Below are positions 26,728 through 36,582 of a DNA stretch of 64,000 bases, one piece after another. A program made the position numbers and the translations under genes. Each line of letters starts with the position of its first letter. The first letter of the stretch is position 1. The notes under the pieces were generated by a model. The model was not told the origin of the DNA. It did no database searches and was given only the letters and a program-made list of their open reading frames with translations. The stretch spans positions 23,346 to 87,345 of the forward strand of contig CAZCCH010000003.1 of NCBI GenBank assembly GCA_964497315.1, given 5' to 3'. The stretch comes from an uncultured Planctomycetia bacterium (lineage in GTDB: Bacteria > Omnitrophota > Gorgyraeia > Taenaricolales > CAZCCH01).

Positions 26728-26852
26728 CCACCACATATTGTCGTAGGAAAATGGCAAAAATACCATATCTTGTATTTTTCACTTGACAGCAGTTTTTTCC
26801 TGTGATACATTTTATGGTGGATAGAAAAAATTTAACTAACAATATGTTGCAT
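26728..26852 (+). promoter_or_regulatory. NrdR boxes and sigma70 promoter of nrdJ
   Basis: CCACCACATATTGTCG (26728) and ATACCATATCTTGTAT (26760), 32 bp apart, plus a third box TAACAATATGTTGCAT (26837), all resembling acaCwAtATaTwGtgt; TTGACA(26783)-N17-TACATT with TG. Confidence 0.75.
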
Positions 26853-29800
26853 GGAGGCACAAATGGCAAGATTGGAGACAAAGCTTAACCTTACAGAGAA
26901 TGCCAAGACAGTCCTGGCAAAGCGTTACCTTAAAAAAGATGAAACAGGCGAACCTATTGAAAAACCAGAAGATATGTTTTGCCGTGTGGCAAATAATATA
27001 GCACAGGCAGACCGCTCTTATAATAAAGATTTAGATATTTCAAAAACTAAAGACAATTTTTATAGCATAATGACAAATGGAGAATTCTTACCAAATTCAC
27101 CAACTTTAATGAATGCAGGAAGAGAGTTGCAGATGTTGAGCGCCTGTTTTGTATTAAAGATTGATGATACAATGGAGGATATTTTCGAAACGCTCAAGCA
27201 TACTTCTATGATCCATAAAGCTGGAGGAGGTACTGGTTTTTCATTTTCTCGCCTTAGGTCAAAGGGAAGCATGGTTAAGTCTACAACAGGTATTGCAAGC
27301 GGACCCATTTCATTTTTGAAAGTTTTTGATTCAGCGACGGAAGCTGTAAAACAGGGCGGGGTTCGGAGAGGTGCTTCGATGGGGATTTTGCGGGTTGATC
27401 ACCCGGATATTTTGGAATTCATTAAATGCAAGGAAGACGACAAATCGATTACTAACTTTAACATTTCTGTTACAGTAACAGAAGATTTTATGCTGAAGGT
27501 AAAGCTTGGCCAGGATTATGATTTGATAGATCCGCATAATGGTGAAGTAGTGGGCAAATTGAACGCAAAAGAAGTCTTTGATCTTATTGTAAAACAGGCC
27601 CATAAAAACGGTGAGCCTGGAATAATATTTATTGATGAAATGAATAAATTTAATCCAACTCCGGAGATTGGAACATATGAGAGCACAAATCCTTGTATTA
27701 CTGGCGATTCATTAATACCTACTAATGAAGGGCTTTTACCAATTAAAAGATTGGCTTCAAGTGAATTTAATGGCAGCTTAAGAATTCTTGCCGATAATCG
27801 CTTTTTTGATCAAAGGGAGAATAACATAGAAAAACTTCTTTTGCCTAATAGAATATTTAGCACTGGCATTAGACCAACCTTATATCTTAAGACTAAAGCT
27901 GGCTATGAAATTAAACTTACAGCTAACCATCCCGTTTTGACTAATAGAGGTTGGATAAAAGCTGGAAATTTAGTCGTTGGAGAAGATAAAGTATTTATCC
28001 AGGATGCAAAAGGCGGATTTTCTACGAAAAGAACTCTGCCTTTTAAAGTTCAAAAACAATATAAGGGTAAAAATGGAAGAGCGTATAAGATGCCTTTACC
28101 GACAAAGTGGTCGGAAGAATTAGGTATTCTCATGGGTTGGCTTTTAGGCGATGGAAACCTGCATGGCAAGCAAGAAAGTATTTTTCTTTATTTTGGAAAA
28201 GATGATAAATTTGCACTTAGTGAAATCAGACATATATTAAAAAAGTTTACAAGCAATGAAGGAAGCCTAAGCAAAAGACCATGGGAATATCAGATATCCA
28301 TTTGCGGTAAATTACTTTTTGAATTTTTTAGAAGCTTAGGATTCCAGCGAGTCAGGGCTCATGAGAAATCAGTACCATCTAGTATTTTTATTGCGCCGAA
28401 AGATGTCATTAAAGGGTTTCTAAAGGGACTTTTTAGCTCTGACGGTACTGTAAATTATATGAAGGACAAAAACGCATATGTACGCTTAACATCCGCATCT
28501 CTCAAGCTATTGAAAGAGGTTCAATTGCTGTTGCTTAATTTTGGTGTTTTTTCTACGATATACGAGGAGCGCAGACCAGCTCAAAAAAGACTTCTACCAT
28601 TTCACGATAAGAATAATACACACAAGATGTATAACACAAGGGCTTATCATGAGCTGAATATCTCCAGAAAAGATGTAATAGTTTTTCTAAGAGAAATAGG
28701 GCTCATGAAGAATAAGCATACAAAAAAATTAGAGGAGATAATAAAAAAGAACAATCGAAAATTGGGTTATTATAAAAGAAGAAAAGAAGATTTAGTGGTT
28801 AAATTGGAACCAGCAGGCAGAGAAGAAGTTTTTGATCTTACCGAACCAGCCACCCATTCCTTTATCGCAAACGGATGTGTTATTCACAATTGTGGTGAAC
28901 AGATCCTCTTACCCTATGAATCGTGTAATTTAGGAAGTATAAATCTTTCTAAAATGCTCGTCGATAAAAACGGAAAGACGGAAATTGATTGGGATAAGCT
29001 TGTCAGGACTACGCGTAGCGCTGTGCATTTTTTAGATAACGTAATTGATATGAATAAATACCCTTTAAAAGAGATAGAAGACATGACAAAGGGTAACAGA
29101 AAAATAGGCCTTGGTATTATGGGATGGGCTGATATGTTAGTACAACTTGGGATTCCCTATAATTCTAATGAAGCAGTGACTTTAGCAGAAGAGGTCATGA
29201 GGTTTATATCTGATGAGGCAAAGAAGAAATCTTTAGAATTAGCCAAAGAAAAGAAAGAATTCCCGAATTTTAAAGAAAGTGTTTTTGCTAATGGAGAAAA
29301 GGTTAGGAATGCAACCCTTACAACAATTGCACCAACAGGAACGCTTTCTATAATTGCCGGTTGCTCAAGCGGTATAGAACCTTTGTTTGCAATTTGTTAT
29401 TACAGGAAGGTTTTAGATGGTGCAAAATTAATAGAGGTAAATCCTTACTTTGAAAAAATAGCAAAAGAAAAAGGTTTTTACAGCGAAAAGCTTATGAAGA
29501 AAATCTCACAGCAGTCTTCCATTCAAAACATGGAAGAAATCCCCGAAGATGTACGAAAGGTTTTTGTAACATCACATGACATAACACCTGTTTGGCATAT
29601 AAAGATGCAGGCAGCATTTCAAAAATATACCGACAATGCAGTTAGTAAGACCGTAAATTTTCCATATGATGCTACCCCTGATGATGTAGAAGAGGTATAT
29701 ATGCTTGCGCACAGATTAGGGTGTAAGGGTGTTACCATATATAGAGATGGAAGTAGGGATGAGCAGGTTTTAAATATTGATAGGGGTGCACGTACCACAG

Positions 29801-30459
29801 AGACACAAGTAGAAGTAAAAGATGGCAGCAAAGAGGCCATGGAAAAACAAGAAAGAGAAGAAAAGCTAGATGAGGCCATTGAACAAGTTCAACCAGCTAA
29901 TGAAAAAATTGCACCCAGACCAAGGCCTAAGGTAGTTCAAGGTACAACGACTAAAGTGCAAACAGGTTGCGGGAATTTATATGTAACTATAAATGTTGAT
30001 GGAGAAGGGCGTCCTTTCGAGGTATTTACTCAGATGGGAAAGGCGGGTGGTTGTGCTGCAAGTCAACTTGAGGCCCTTGGAAGACTTGTTTCATTGGCAT
30101 TGCGTAGCGGACAGGATATAAAGTCTGTTATTGAACAACTCGAAGGTATTAGATGTCCTTCACCTTCATGGGAGAAGACAGGCAGGATATTTTCCTGTGC
30201 GGATGCTATTGGAAAGGTCATAGAAAGAAGATTATTAGGCGAAGACAGAAAAGACAAGCCTAGTTTCGAAAGCCCTATGGCGCATACAAGCGGGACCATA
30301 GATATTAAAGAGGATGCAAAAGAGAGTTCGCAATCAAAAAAATCATCCGCCACAAAATTAAGAAACATCGTTGGGGTTTGCCCTGATTGTGGTGGGGCAT
30401 TAGTTCATGAAGAAGGCTGCATGAAGTGTTATGCATGTGGATACACTAAGTGTGGATGA
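26851..30459 (+). CDS. nrdJ: Class II (B12-dependent) ribonucleotide reductase with intein and C-terminal TSCPD/Zn-ribbon
   Basis: FLPNSPTLMNAG, SACFV, QGGVRRGA, NP[intein]CGEQ, CNLGS, TIAPTG, SKTVN, YRDGSR, RPRP...TGCG, CPDCG...CYACGYTKC. Confidence 0.95.
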   Translation: MEAQMARLETKLNLTENAKTVLAKRYLKKDETGEPIEKPEDMFCRVANNIAQADRSYNKDLDISKTKDNFYSIMTNGEFLPNSPTLMNAGRELQMLSACFVLKIDDTMEDIFETLKHTSMIHKAGGGTGFSFSRLRSKGSMVKSTTGIASGPISFLKVFDSATEAVKQGGVRRGASMGILRVDHPDILEFIKCKEDDKSITNFNISVTVTEDFMLKVKLGQDYDLIDPHNGEVVGKLNAKEVFDLIVKQAHKNGEPGIIFIDEMNKFNPTPEIGTYESTNPCITGDSLIPTNEGLLPIKRLASSEFNGSLRILADNRFFDQRENNIEKLLLPNRIFSTGIRPTLYLKTKAGYEIKLTANHPVLTNRGWIKAGNLVVGEDKVFIQDAKGGFSTKRTLPFKVQKQYKGKNGRAYKMPLPTKWSEELGILMGWLLGDGNLHGKQESIFLYFGKDDKFALSEIRHILKKFTSNEGSLSKRPWEYQISICGKLLFEFFRSLGFQRVRAHEKSVPSSIFIAPKDVIKGFLKGLFSSDGTVNYMKDKNAYVRLTSASLKLLKEVQLLLLNFGVFSTIYEERRPAQKRLLPFHDKNNTHKMYNTRAYHELNISRKDVIVFLREIGLMKNKHTKKLEEIIKKNNRKLGYYKRRKEDLVVKLEPAGREEVFDLTEPATHSFIANGCVIHNCGEQILLPYESCNLGSINLSKMLVDKNGKTEIDWDKLVRTTRSAVHFLDNVIDMNKYPLKEIEDMTKGNRKIGLGIMGWADMLVQLGIPYNSNEAVTLAEEVMRFISDEAKKKSLELAKEKKEFPNFKESVFANGEKVRNATLTTIAPTGTLSIIAGCSSGIEPLFAICYYRKVLDGAKLIEVNPYFEKIAKEKGFYSEKLMKKISQQSSIQNMEEIPEDVRKVFVTSHDITPVWHIKMQAAFQKYTDNAVSKTVNFPYDATPDDVEEVYMLAHRLGCKGVTIYRDGSRDEQVLNIDRGARTTETQVEVKDGSKEAMEKQEREEKLDEAIEQVQPANEKIAPRPRPKVVQGTTTKVQTGCGNLYVTINVDGEGRPFEVFTQMGKAGGCAASQLEALGRLVSLALRSGQDIKSVIEQLEGIRCPSPSWEKTGRIFSCADAIGKVIERRLLGEDRKDKPSFESPMAHTSGTIDIKEDAKESSQSKKSSATKLRNIVGVCPDCGGALVHEEGCMKCYACGYTKCG
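27694..28890 (+). mobile_element. Intein with LAGLIDADG homing endonuclease in NrdJ (399 aa)
   Basis: Starts CITGDSLI, block B TANHP, GWLLGDG and GLFSSDG motifs, ends VIHN followed by +1 Cys of NPCGE. Confidence 0.95.
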
Positions 30460-30533
30460 TACATAGCGGTTAGCAAGTGTGCTTCAAAGAAAATATATGC
30501 TAGCCGCTGAACTTTATCTAGGAGGAATTTATA

Positions 30534-31820
30534 ATGCGTAAGATTTTATATGTTGTTTTAGATGGACTAGGTGATTTACCAACACCAGAGCTTGATGGAA
30601 AAACACCCCTTGAGGCAGCCAATATACCTAATATGGATAAACTTGCTAAAGAAGGTATAAGCGGCGTTGTATATACAGTAGGTAAGGGTATTGCACCTGA
30701 ATCTGATATTGCGGTAATAAGTATTTTAGGTTATGAGGCAAAAAGATATTATACGGGCAGAGGTCCACTAGAGTCTTATGCTGAAGGACTTGATGTAAAA
30801 GATGGGGATTTGGCATTTAGGGTAAACTTTGCAACAGCAGGTCAAGAAAGAGAAATTTTAGACAGGCGCGTTGGGAGGAATCTCACAACAGATGAGGCAA
30901 CTGCTTTAGCAGATGAGATAAATGAAAAGGTAAAACTTACAAGCATACCCGCAAATTTTAAATTCAAGAACACAATAGGACACAGAGGAATTTTAGTTAT
31001 CTATCCAGAAAATGAAAAACTATGTGCTGAGATTACAAATACAGACCCTGCTTATGAAAAAGAAGGTCCATTTGGTGTAGCAAAAGAAGAATTTGAAAGT
31101 ATAATATTAGATGCAAAACCTGTAGAGGGATATGAAGATAATAAGGCAGCCATAGATGCAGCGGCTTTAATAAACGAATTTACTACTAAATCCCGTAAGG
31201 TTCTTGAGGAATCAGAGATTAACAAGCAAAGAGAAACACAAGGAAAGTTAAAAGCAAATCTAATAGTATCAAGAGATGCAGGAGATAAGCTACCAAAATT
31301 ACCATCTATAACAGAAAAATTCAATATGAATTTTGGTTGTTTTGTAGAGATGCCCGTTGAAAAAGGTATTGCGCTTTTAACAGGAATGAAGATAGTTGAA
31401 ATCCCCCTACCTTCTAAAGATTTAGAAAAAGATTACACTATAAGGGCAAAAGCAGTAATTGAATCTATAAACAAATTTGATGGATTATATATTCACTTAA
31501 AAGGACCTGATGAACCAGCACACGATGGAGATATAGATGCTAAAGTTAATTCAATAGAAGCAATAGATAAATACTTTTTTGCTAAATTACTCCCCCAGAT
31601 AAATCTGGAAGAAGTAATAATTGCCGTAACGGCAGACCACTCAACCCCCTGCATAAAAAAGGCACACACCGACGATCCAGTTCCTCTGATTATTTCAGGT
31701 GGAAGCCTAGCTTCTGATTTTACTGAAGACTTTTCTGAAAGAAAGTGCAAGAATGGTAGCATTGGAGTTATCCAAGGCACTGAAATAATGCCAAAGCTAG
31801 TCGAAATTTCTAAAACATAA
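30534..31820 (+). CDS. apgM: 2,3-bisphosphoglycerate-independent phosphoglycerate mutase (ApgM type)
   Basis: LDGLGD, TPLEAA, PESD, GRGPLE, KGPDEPAHDG, TADHSTP, HTDDPVP. Confidence 0.9.
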   Translation: MRKILYVVLDGLGDLPTPELDGKTPLEAANIPNMDKLAKEGISGVVYTVGKGIAPESDIAVISILGYEAKRYYTGRGPLESYAEGLDVKDGDLAFRVNFATAGQEREILDRRVGRNLTTDEATALADEINEKVKLTSIPANFKFKNTIGHRGILVIYPENEKLCAEITNTDPAYEKEGPFGVAKEEFESIILDAKPVEGYEDNKAAIDAAALINEFTTKSRKVLEESEINKQRETQGKLKANLIVSRDAGDKLPKLPSITEKFNMNFGCFVEMPVEKGIALLTGMKIVEIPLPSKDLEKDYTIRAKAVIESINKFDGLYIHLKGPDEPAHDGDIDAKVNSIEAIDKYFFAKLLPQINLEEVIIAVTADHSTPCIKKAHTDDPVPLIISGGSLASDFTEDFSERKCKNGSIGVIQGTEIMPKLVEISKT

Positions 31821-31881
31821 AAAGTTTAATATATTATTCAACTCACCGCCGCTAAGTGAAGTTATGAGGAGAGGTTTTTTC

Positions 31882-31909
31882 TTGACAAAATTCCTCTTTA
31901 TGTTATATT
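31882..31909 (+). promoter_or_regulatory. Sigma70-type promoter
   Basis: TTGACA-N16-TATATT with extended TG; SD GGGAGGTG downstream. Confidence 0.65.
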
Positions 31910-31967
31910 TATATTAAGAGATAACAATATAACTATAATATTAACCTAGAAGGGAGGTGGAGAGCTA

Positions 31968-32645
31968 ATGGATTGGAATGCCGTAGTTATGGAGCCAGTA
32001 AGAGCAATCTTGACAAGGGCGGGGAGCTTTGTATCCATTCTCGTGGCTGTTATACTTATATTGGCGGTTGGATGGATAGTTGCCAGGGCTGTTCAGAAAT
32101 TCTTAGTTAGGTTTTTAAAGTTGGCTCGGTTGGATGTAGTAGCAGATAAAGCAGGAGTAACAACTGTTTTAGCAAGAGGAGAGATAAAATATACACTCTC
32201 TGAATTAATCGGGGTATTAGTTTATTGGCTGATAATGCTTATAGTTTTTGTAGCAGCAATAAACGCCCTTAATCTAACTATCGCTGCAGAATTGTTAGAT
32301 AAGATAGTGGCTTATATGCCGAATGTAGTTGCTGGTATATTCATTCTTGTTTTAGGTATGTTTGCAGCTACCTTGCTAAGCACGTTTGTTACAACTACAA
32401 CCACAAATGCTGGTGTTCCACAGGCACGGTTATTAGGAAGGATTACCCAGGTGGTTATAATAGTAGTTGCAATCGCTATGACTTTAGAACAGCTTAAGAT
32501 TGCCTCTACAGTAATAAACTTGGTAATCTGGATTGTCATGGGAGCAATAGGTCTTGCCTGTGCGATAGCATTCGGATTGGGGTGCAAGGATATAGCCGGT
32601 AAAGCTGTTAAAGAAGCTGTAGACAAGCTCAAGCCCCAGAAGTAA
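31968..32645 (+). CDS. Conserved TM-helix membrane protein (CmpX / MscS-associated TM_helix repeats)
   Basis: ILAVGWIVAR, YMPNVVAGIFIL, LEQLKI, AIAFGLGCKD. Confidence 0.8.
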   Translation: MDWNAVVMEPVRAILTRAGSFVSILVAVILILAVGWIVARAVQKFLVRFLKLARLDVVADKAGVTTVLARGEIKYTLSELIGVLVYWLIMLIVFVAAINALNLTIAAELLDKIVAYMPNVVAGIFILVLGMFAATLLSTFVTTTTTNAGVPQARLLGRITQVVIIVVAIAMTLEQLKIASTVINLVIWIVMGAIGLACAIAFGLGCKDIAGKAVKEAVDKLKPQK

Positions 32646-32697
32646 TTGTTTATATGGAGGCCTGATAGTTTAAAAATTGAAAGATAGAAGACTTTTG

Positions 32698-32733
32698 AAG
32701 GGACCCACTTTTTAGCAGGAGGGGTCCCTTTTT
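32698..32733 (+). terminator. Rho-independent terminator
   Basis: AAGGGACCC ... GGGTCCCTT followed by a T-run. Confidence 0.8.
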
Positions 32734-32785
32734 CTTTAATTTTCTCGACGAGAAAGAGGATATTTTTTCTAAAATATAGTAAAAA

Positions 32786-33781
32786 ATGGGTAAAATTATA
32801 GGTTTGACATATGATTTAATGACTGATTATACCTTTGGACAAAATGATCCAAAGGATGCGAATGCGGAGTTCGATCATCCAAAGACGGTGGAGCGAATAG
32901 AAAAGGCATTGTCTAAAGTAGGTCATAAAGTATTAAGGATAGGAAAGGCTTTAGATTTACTGGAAAGGCTAGAAGAGGTGAAAAAATGCGACATCGTTTT
33001 TAATATAGCAGAAGGCCTGGAAGGTCGCAACAGAGAATCACAAGTGCCTGTAATATTGGAAATGTTGGGTAAGCCATTCGTTGGAGCCGATGGTCTTACT
33101 TTGAGTCTTACACTAGATAAATTGATGGCAAAAAAGATTCTAATGTCTGAGGGGATACCTACACCTAGATTTTTAGAGATAAAAGATGCAAAGAATTTAA
33201 ACGGACTAAATGGTTTAAAATTTCCTTTAATCGTTAAACCCAGACACGAAGGTTCCAGTAAAGGCATAAGTGATGATTCGTTAGTTAGGGATGCTGAGCA
33301 ACTTAAACAAAAGGCCAAATGGCTTATAGATACTTATAAGCAACCAGCACTAGCAGAAGAATTTATTTCAGGTAAAGAATTTACAGTAGGCATTATTGGA
33401 AATAATCCTCCAGAGGCTTTACCAGTAGTTCAAGTGCAAATTGATGGAAAGCTAAACCTAGGGGAGCTTTTTTATACAAATGCCGGAATTAGGGGTACAA
33501 GGGTTTTATATGTATGCCCTGCACCTATCTCTAAAAAACTGGCAAAGAAAATGACCCAATTGAGCCTTGCAGCATATGAGGCTGTTGACTGTCGTGATTT
33601 TGGACGTGTAGACTTTAGGGTTGATAAAAAAGGTAATCCCTATTGTCTTGAAATCAATCCATTGCCAGCACTCTCTAAAGCAGATGTATTTGGAGTGGTA
33701 GCCAAGCATTATAAAATACGATATTACACAATGATAAATCGCATTTTTGAAAGTGCCCTAAAAAGATGTGGACTGAACTAA
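32786..33781 (+). CDS. D-Ala-D-Ala-ligase-like ATP-grasp protein (1)
   Basis: AEFD, VFNIAEG, RESQVP, DK, VKPRHEGSSKGI, EEFISGKEFTV, RVDFR, LEINPLP. Confidence 0.9.
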   Translation: MGKIIGLTYDLMTDYTFGQNDPKDANAEFDHPKTVERIEKALSKVGHKVLRIGKALDLLERLEEVKKCDIVFNIAEGLEGRNRESQVPVILEMLGKPFVGADGLTLSLTLDKLMAKKILMSEGIPTPRFLEIKDAKNLNGLNGLKFPLIVKPRHEGSSKGISDDSLVRDAEQLKQKAKWLIDTYKQPALAEEFISGKEFTVGIIGNNPPEALPVVQVQIDGKLNLGELFYTNAGIRGTRVLYVCPAPISKKLAKKMTQLSLAAYEAVDCRDFGRVDFRVDKKGNPYCLEINPLPALSKADVFGVVAKHYKIRYYTMINRIFESALKRCGLN

Positions 33782-33782
33782 T

Positions 33783-34835
33783 ATGAAAATCGCCTTAGTA
33801 TATAATATAAAACCAAAACCTCCAAAGGGGAGTTGCCCGGAAGATTTTTATTCAGAGTTTGACAGCCAGGACACAATAGACGCCATAAGCCTTGCATTGC
33901 GTACTAGGGGGCATGAGGTTTTCCAAGTAGAAGCAAATCAGGATCTTTTTGAATGGCTTAGACTCAACAAGACAGATTTTGTATTTAATATTGCAGAGGG
34001 AGTTTCCGGTGCAAACAGAGAGTCGCAGGTCCCAGCAGTTTTGGACCTTTTAGGAATTCCTTATACTGGTTCTGGCACTTTGGCATTAGCACTTACTTTA
34101 GATAAGGCAAAGAGCAAAAAGATTTTTAGATATGAAGGAATACCTACTCCAAATTTTCAGCTGTTTTCTAAACCAGGAGAAAAACTAGATAAAAAATTAA
34201 AATTTCCATTGATTGCAAAACCAAACAGAGAAGGTTCTGCAAAGGGTATTTCAAAAGCTAATGTGAGGCATGATGCAAAGTCAATGCACGAACAGATAAA
34301 AAAAATTCAAGCTTCTTATAAACAGGAAGTTTTAGTTGAGGAATTTATTGAAGGAAAAGAGCTTACCGTGGGTATATTGGGGAATTATCCCTCGAGGGTA
34401 CTTTCTATCTTAGAGATAGATTTTGAAAATTGCAAAGAAAGCGGTGAGTTTTTTTACTCTTGGAGGATGAAGGAGTTTCAGGGGAATCAAGAACTGAATT
34501 TGGTTCCCACTTTTCATTGCCCTGCAAGATTAGACGAACGCACCAAGACCGCTGTAAAGACTATTGCTTTAGAAGCACACCAGGCATTAGGTTGTGTGGA
34601 TTTTTCAAGGACAGACATAAGGTTAAGCAGTGAAGGGATACCTTATGTTCTTGAGGTAAACCCCTTACCAGGCCTTGATCCGAAAGAATCAAATCTACCA
34701 GTTGTTGCCCAGGCTAATGGCATTGGATATGAGGAGTTGATTAATACCATTTTAGATGAGGCGGTAGCAAGATGCAAGGGGGGTTCCTTAAAAAAGGAGG
34801 CAGATAGTGCCAACAGGATACTGGCGTCGCATTGA
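33783..34835 (+). CDS. D-Ala-D-Ala-ligase-like ATP-grasp protein (2)
   Basis: SEFD, VFNIAEG, RESQVP, KPNREGSAKGI, EEFIEGKE, RTDIR, LEVNPLPGL. Confidence 0.9.
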   Translation: MKIALVYNIKPKPPKGSCPEDFYSEFDSQDTIDAISLALRTRGHEVFQVEANQDLFEWLRLNKTDFVFNIAEGVSGANRESQVPAVLDLLGIPYTGSGTLALALTLDKAKSKKIFRYEGIPTPNFQLFSKPGEKLDKKLKFPLIAKPNREGSAKGISKANVRHDAKSMHEQIKKIQASYKQEVLVEEFIEGKELTVGILGNYPSRVLSILEIDFENCKESGEFFYSWRMKEFQGNQELNLVPTFHCPARLDERTKTAVKTIALEAHQALGCVDFSRTDIRLSSEGIPYVLEVNPLPGLDPKESNLPVVAQANGIGYEELINTILDEAVARCKGGSLKKEADSANRILASH

Positions 34836-35955
34836 ACTCTGGAAGAATGTTTCAGAAGAGCAATGGGAAGATTGGCATTGGCAGTTAAAAAATAGAATTA
34901 CGAAATTAGATCTGCTTAAAAAGATTATCCAGGTGACACCCCAGGAAGAAAAAGGCATAAAGGGTGCCAAGGGTAGGCTTTCTATGGCGATAACTCCGTA
35001 TTTTGCAGAATTAATGTCTCCAGAAAAACCCTATTGTGCTATTCGCAAACAAACAGTACCTGTTGATGAAGAATTATTTGTGAACCCAAATGATTTAACC
35101 GATCCCTGCGGCGAAGACAAGGATTCTCCTGTTAAGGGCTTGGTCCATCGCTACCCGGACAGGGCGCTGCTTTTAATTACAGATCAATGCGCTAGCTATT
35201 GCAGGCATTGCACAAGGCGCAGGCTTGTTGGCAACGGGGAAGCGGTTATATCGGATAGTAATCTTAAAGCAGCATGCGATTATATCCGTTCTAATAAAAA
35301 AATAAGAGATGTATTGATATCAGGTGGAGACCCGCTGTTATTGTCTGATGAGAAATTAGATTATATATTGAGCAGCATAAGAGAGATACCGAATGTTGAA
35401 TTTTTACGCATTGGCACAAGGGTTCCTGTGACTCTGCCGATGAGAATTACAGAAAACTTAATATCTATATTCAAAAAACACACACCCTTATGGATATCTA
35501 TTCATTTTAATCACTCAAAAGAGATAACCAGACGCGTTAAAAAGGCCTGCGACGGACTTACTGATAACGGTATTCCCCTTGGTAGCCAAACAGTACTTTT
35601 AAAAGGGATTAATGATAGGCTTTACATAATGAAAAAGCTAATGCATGATTTGTTAAAGATTAGGGTAAGGCCTTATTACATATATCAATGTGACTTAGCA
35701 AAAGGCACTGCACATTTGCGTACCAGTATTTCCTGTGGAATTAATATAATGGATAAGCTAAGAGGCCACACTTCAGGCTATGCGGTTCCTACCTATGTCG
35801 TAGACGGACCAGGTGGCGGCGGAAAAATACCCATAGGACCCAACTATATAGTTTCCTGCGAAAAAGGAGAGATAGTTCTAAGAAATTATGAAGGCAAGGA
35901 ATTTATTTATCGCGAAAGTCTCACAGAAAAAGAGGCTGCAGAACTGCAGGGTTGA
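34807..35955 (+). CDS. KamA-family radical SAM aminomutase (lysine 2,3-aminomutase-like)
   Basis: WEDWHWQLKNRI, HRYPDR, CASYCRHCTRRR (CxxxCxxC), SGGDPL, RPYYIYQCD, PGGGGKIP. Confidence 0.93.
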   Translation: MPTGYWRRIELWKNVSEEQWEDWHWQLKNRITKLDLLKKIIQVTPQEEKGIKGAKGRLSMAITPYFAELMSPEKPYCAIRKQTVPVDEELFVNPNDLTDPCGEDKDSPVKGLVHRYPDRALLLITDQCASYCRHCTRRRLVGNGEAVISDSNLKAACDYIRSNKKIRDVLISGGDPLLLSDEKLDYILSSIREIPNVEFLRIGTRVPVTLPMRITENLISIFKKHTPLWISIHFNHSKEITRRVKKACDGLTDNGIPLGSQTVLLKGINDRLYIMKKLMHDLLKIRVRPYYIYQCDLAKGTAHLRTSISCGINIMDKLRGHTSGYAVPTYVVDGPGGGGKIPIGPNYIVSCEKGEIVLRNYEGKEFIYRESLTEKEAAELQG

Positions 35956-36544
35956 ATACGGCTGCAGAGAAAAGTTTTTCACAGTAGCTTTTATTTTGGT
36001 TTTTATCTTATGTAGCTTTTCTCTTGCAGGCTGTAACCAGCTAATCGACAAAAAGAAGGCAGCTGAGCAGGTTTTAGCTATAGACCCCACTTTTGAAAAA
36101 ATCTTACAAAATAAGAAAGATATAGATGAGGAAATTACACAGCTAAGAGATCAGATAAGGAAACAAAGGCAGATTTATGAATCAAAGGTAGCCGTAATTA
36201 GAGAAGAGTTTAACTCTCAAAGGGCAAGCTCAACTTCTGAAATAGAACGTTTAAAGAGGCAGCTGGACCCATACAGGCAACAGACAGATTCTCAGATAAA
36301 TAGCGTAAAACTACAACTCAAGCAGAAACTAAGGGCTCATAAAAATATTAACAGTATGTCAAAACAAGCCACGAAATTATTAGAAGGCAAAAAGGCTGTT
36401 GAGCTCTCATCGACGGAAAGAAAAGAATGGGAGAGGAGGCTGTATAATCTTTCAACTCAAAAGAAGGATTTAAATCAAGAAATACTCCAATTAAAAGATA
36501 GGCTACGCACTTTACAGCTTAAAAAACGCCTCTTAGCCCAATAA
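35888..36544 (+). CDS. Coiled-coil lipoprotein (start uncertain)
   Basis: Hydrophobic stretch ending in lipobox LAGC, then long heptad-rich helices. Confidence 0.75.
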   Translation: MKARNLFIAKVSQKKRLQNCRVEYGCREKFFTVAFILVFILCSFSLAGCNQLIDKKKAAEQVLAIDPTFEKILQNKKDIDEEITQLRDQIRKQRQIYESKVAVIREEFNSQRASSTSEIERLKRQLDPYRQQTDSQINSVKLQLKQKLRAHKNINSMSKQATKLLEGKKAVELSSTERKEWERRLYNLSTQKKDLNQEILQLKDRLRTLQLKKRLLAQ

Positions 36545-36553
36545 ACACACCAA

Positions 36554-36582
36554 TTGACAAATCCCGCCTTTAATATTATACT
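36554..36582 (+). promoter_or_regulatory. Sigma70-type promoter
   Basis: TTGACA-N17-TATACT, about 130 nt upstream of ATG 36716 (SD AAGGAGG). Confidence 0.7.

Noticed and set aside
26666-26850. Cobalamin riboswitch near the ECF operon or nrdJ
   Set aside because: No B12-box or GGGAA...GCCACTG core is seen, and the region is explained by NrdR boxes and a promoter.
30465-30508. Inverted repeat AGCGGTTAGCA / TGCTAGCCGCT between nrdJ and apgM as a terminator or riboswitch
   Set aside because: There is no U-tract and no recognisable riboswitch core; at most an mRNA-stabilising hairpin.
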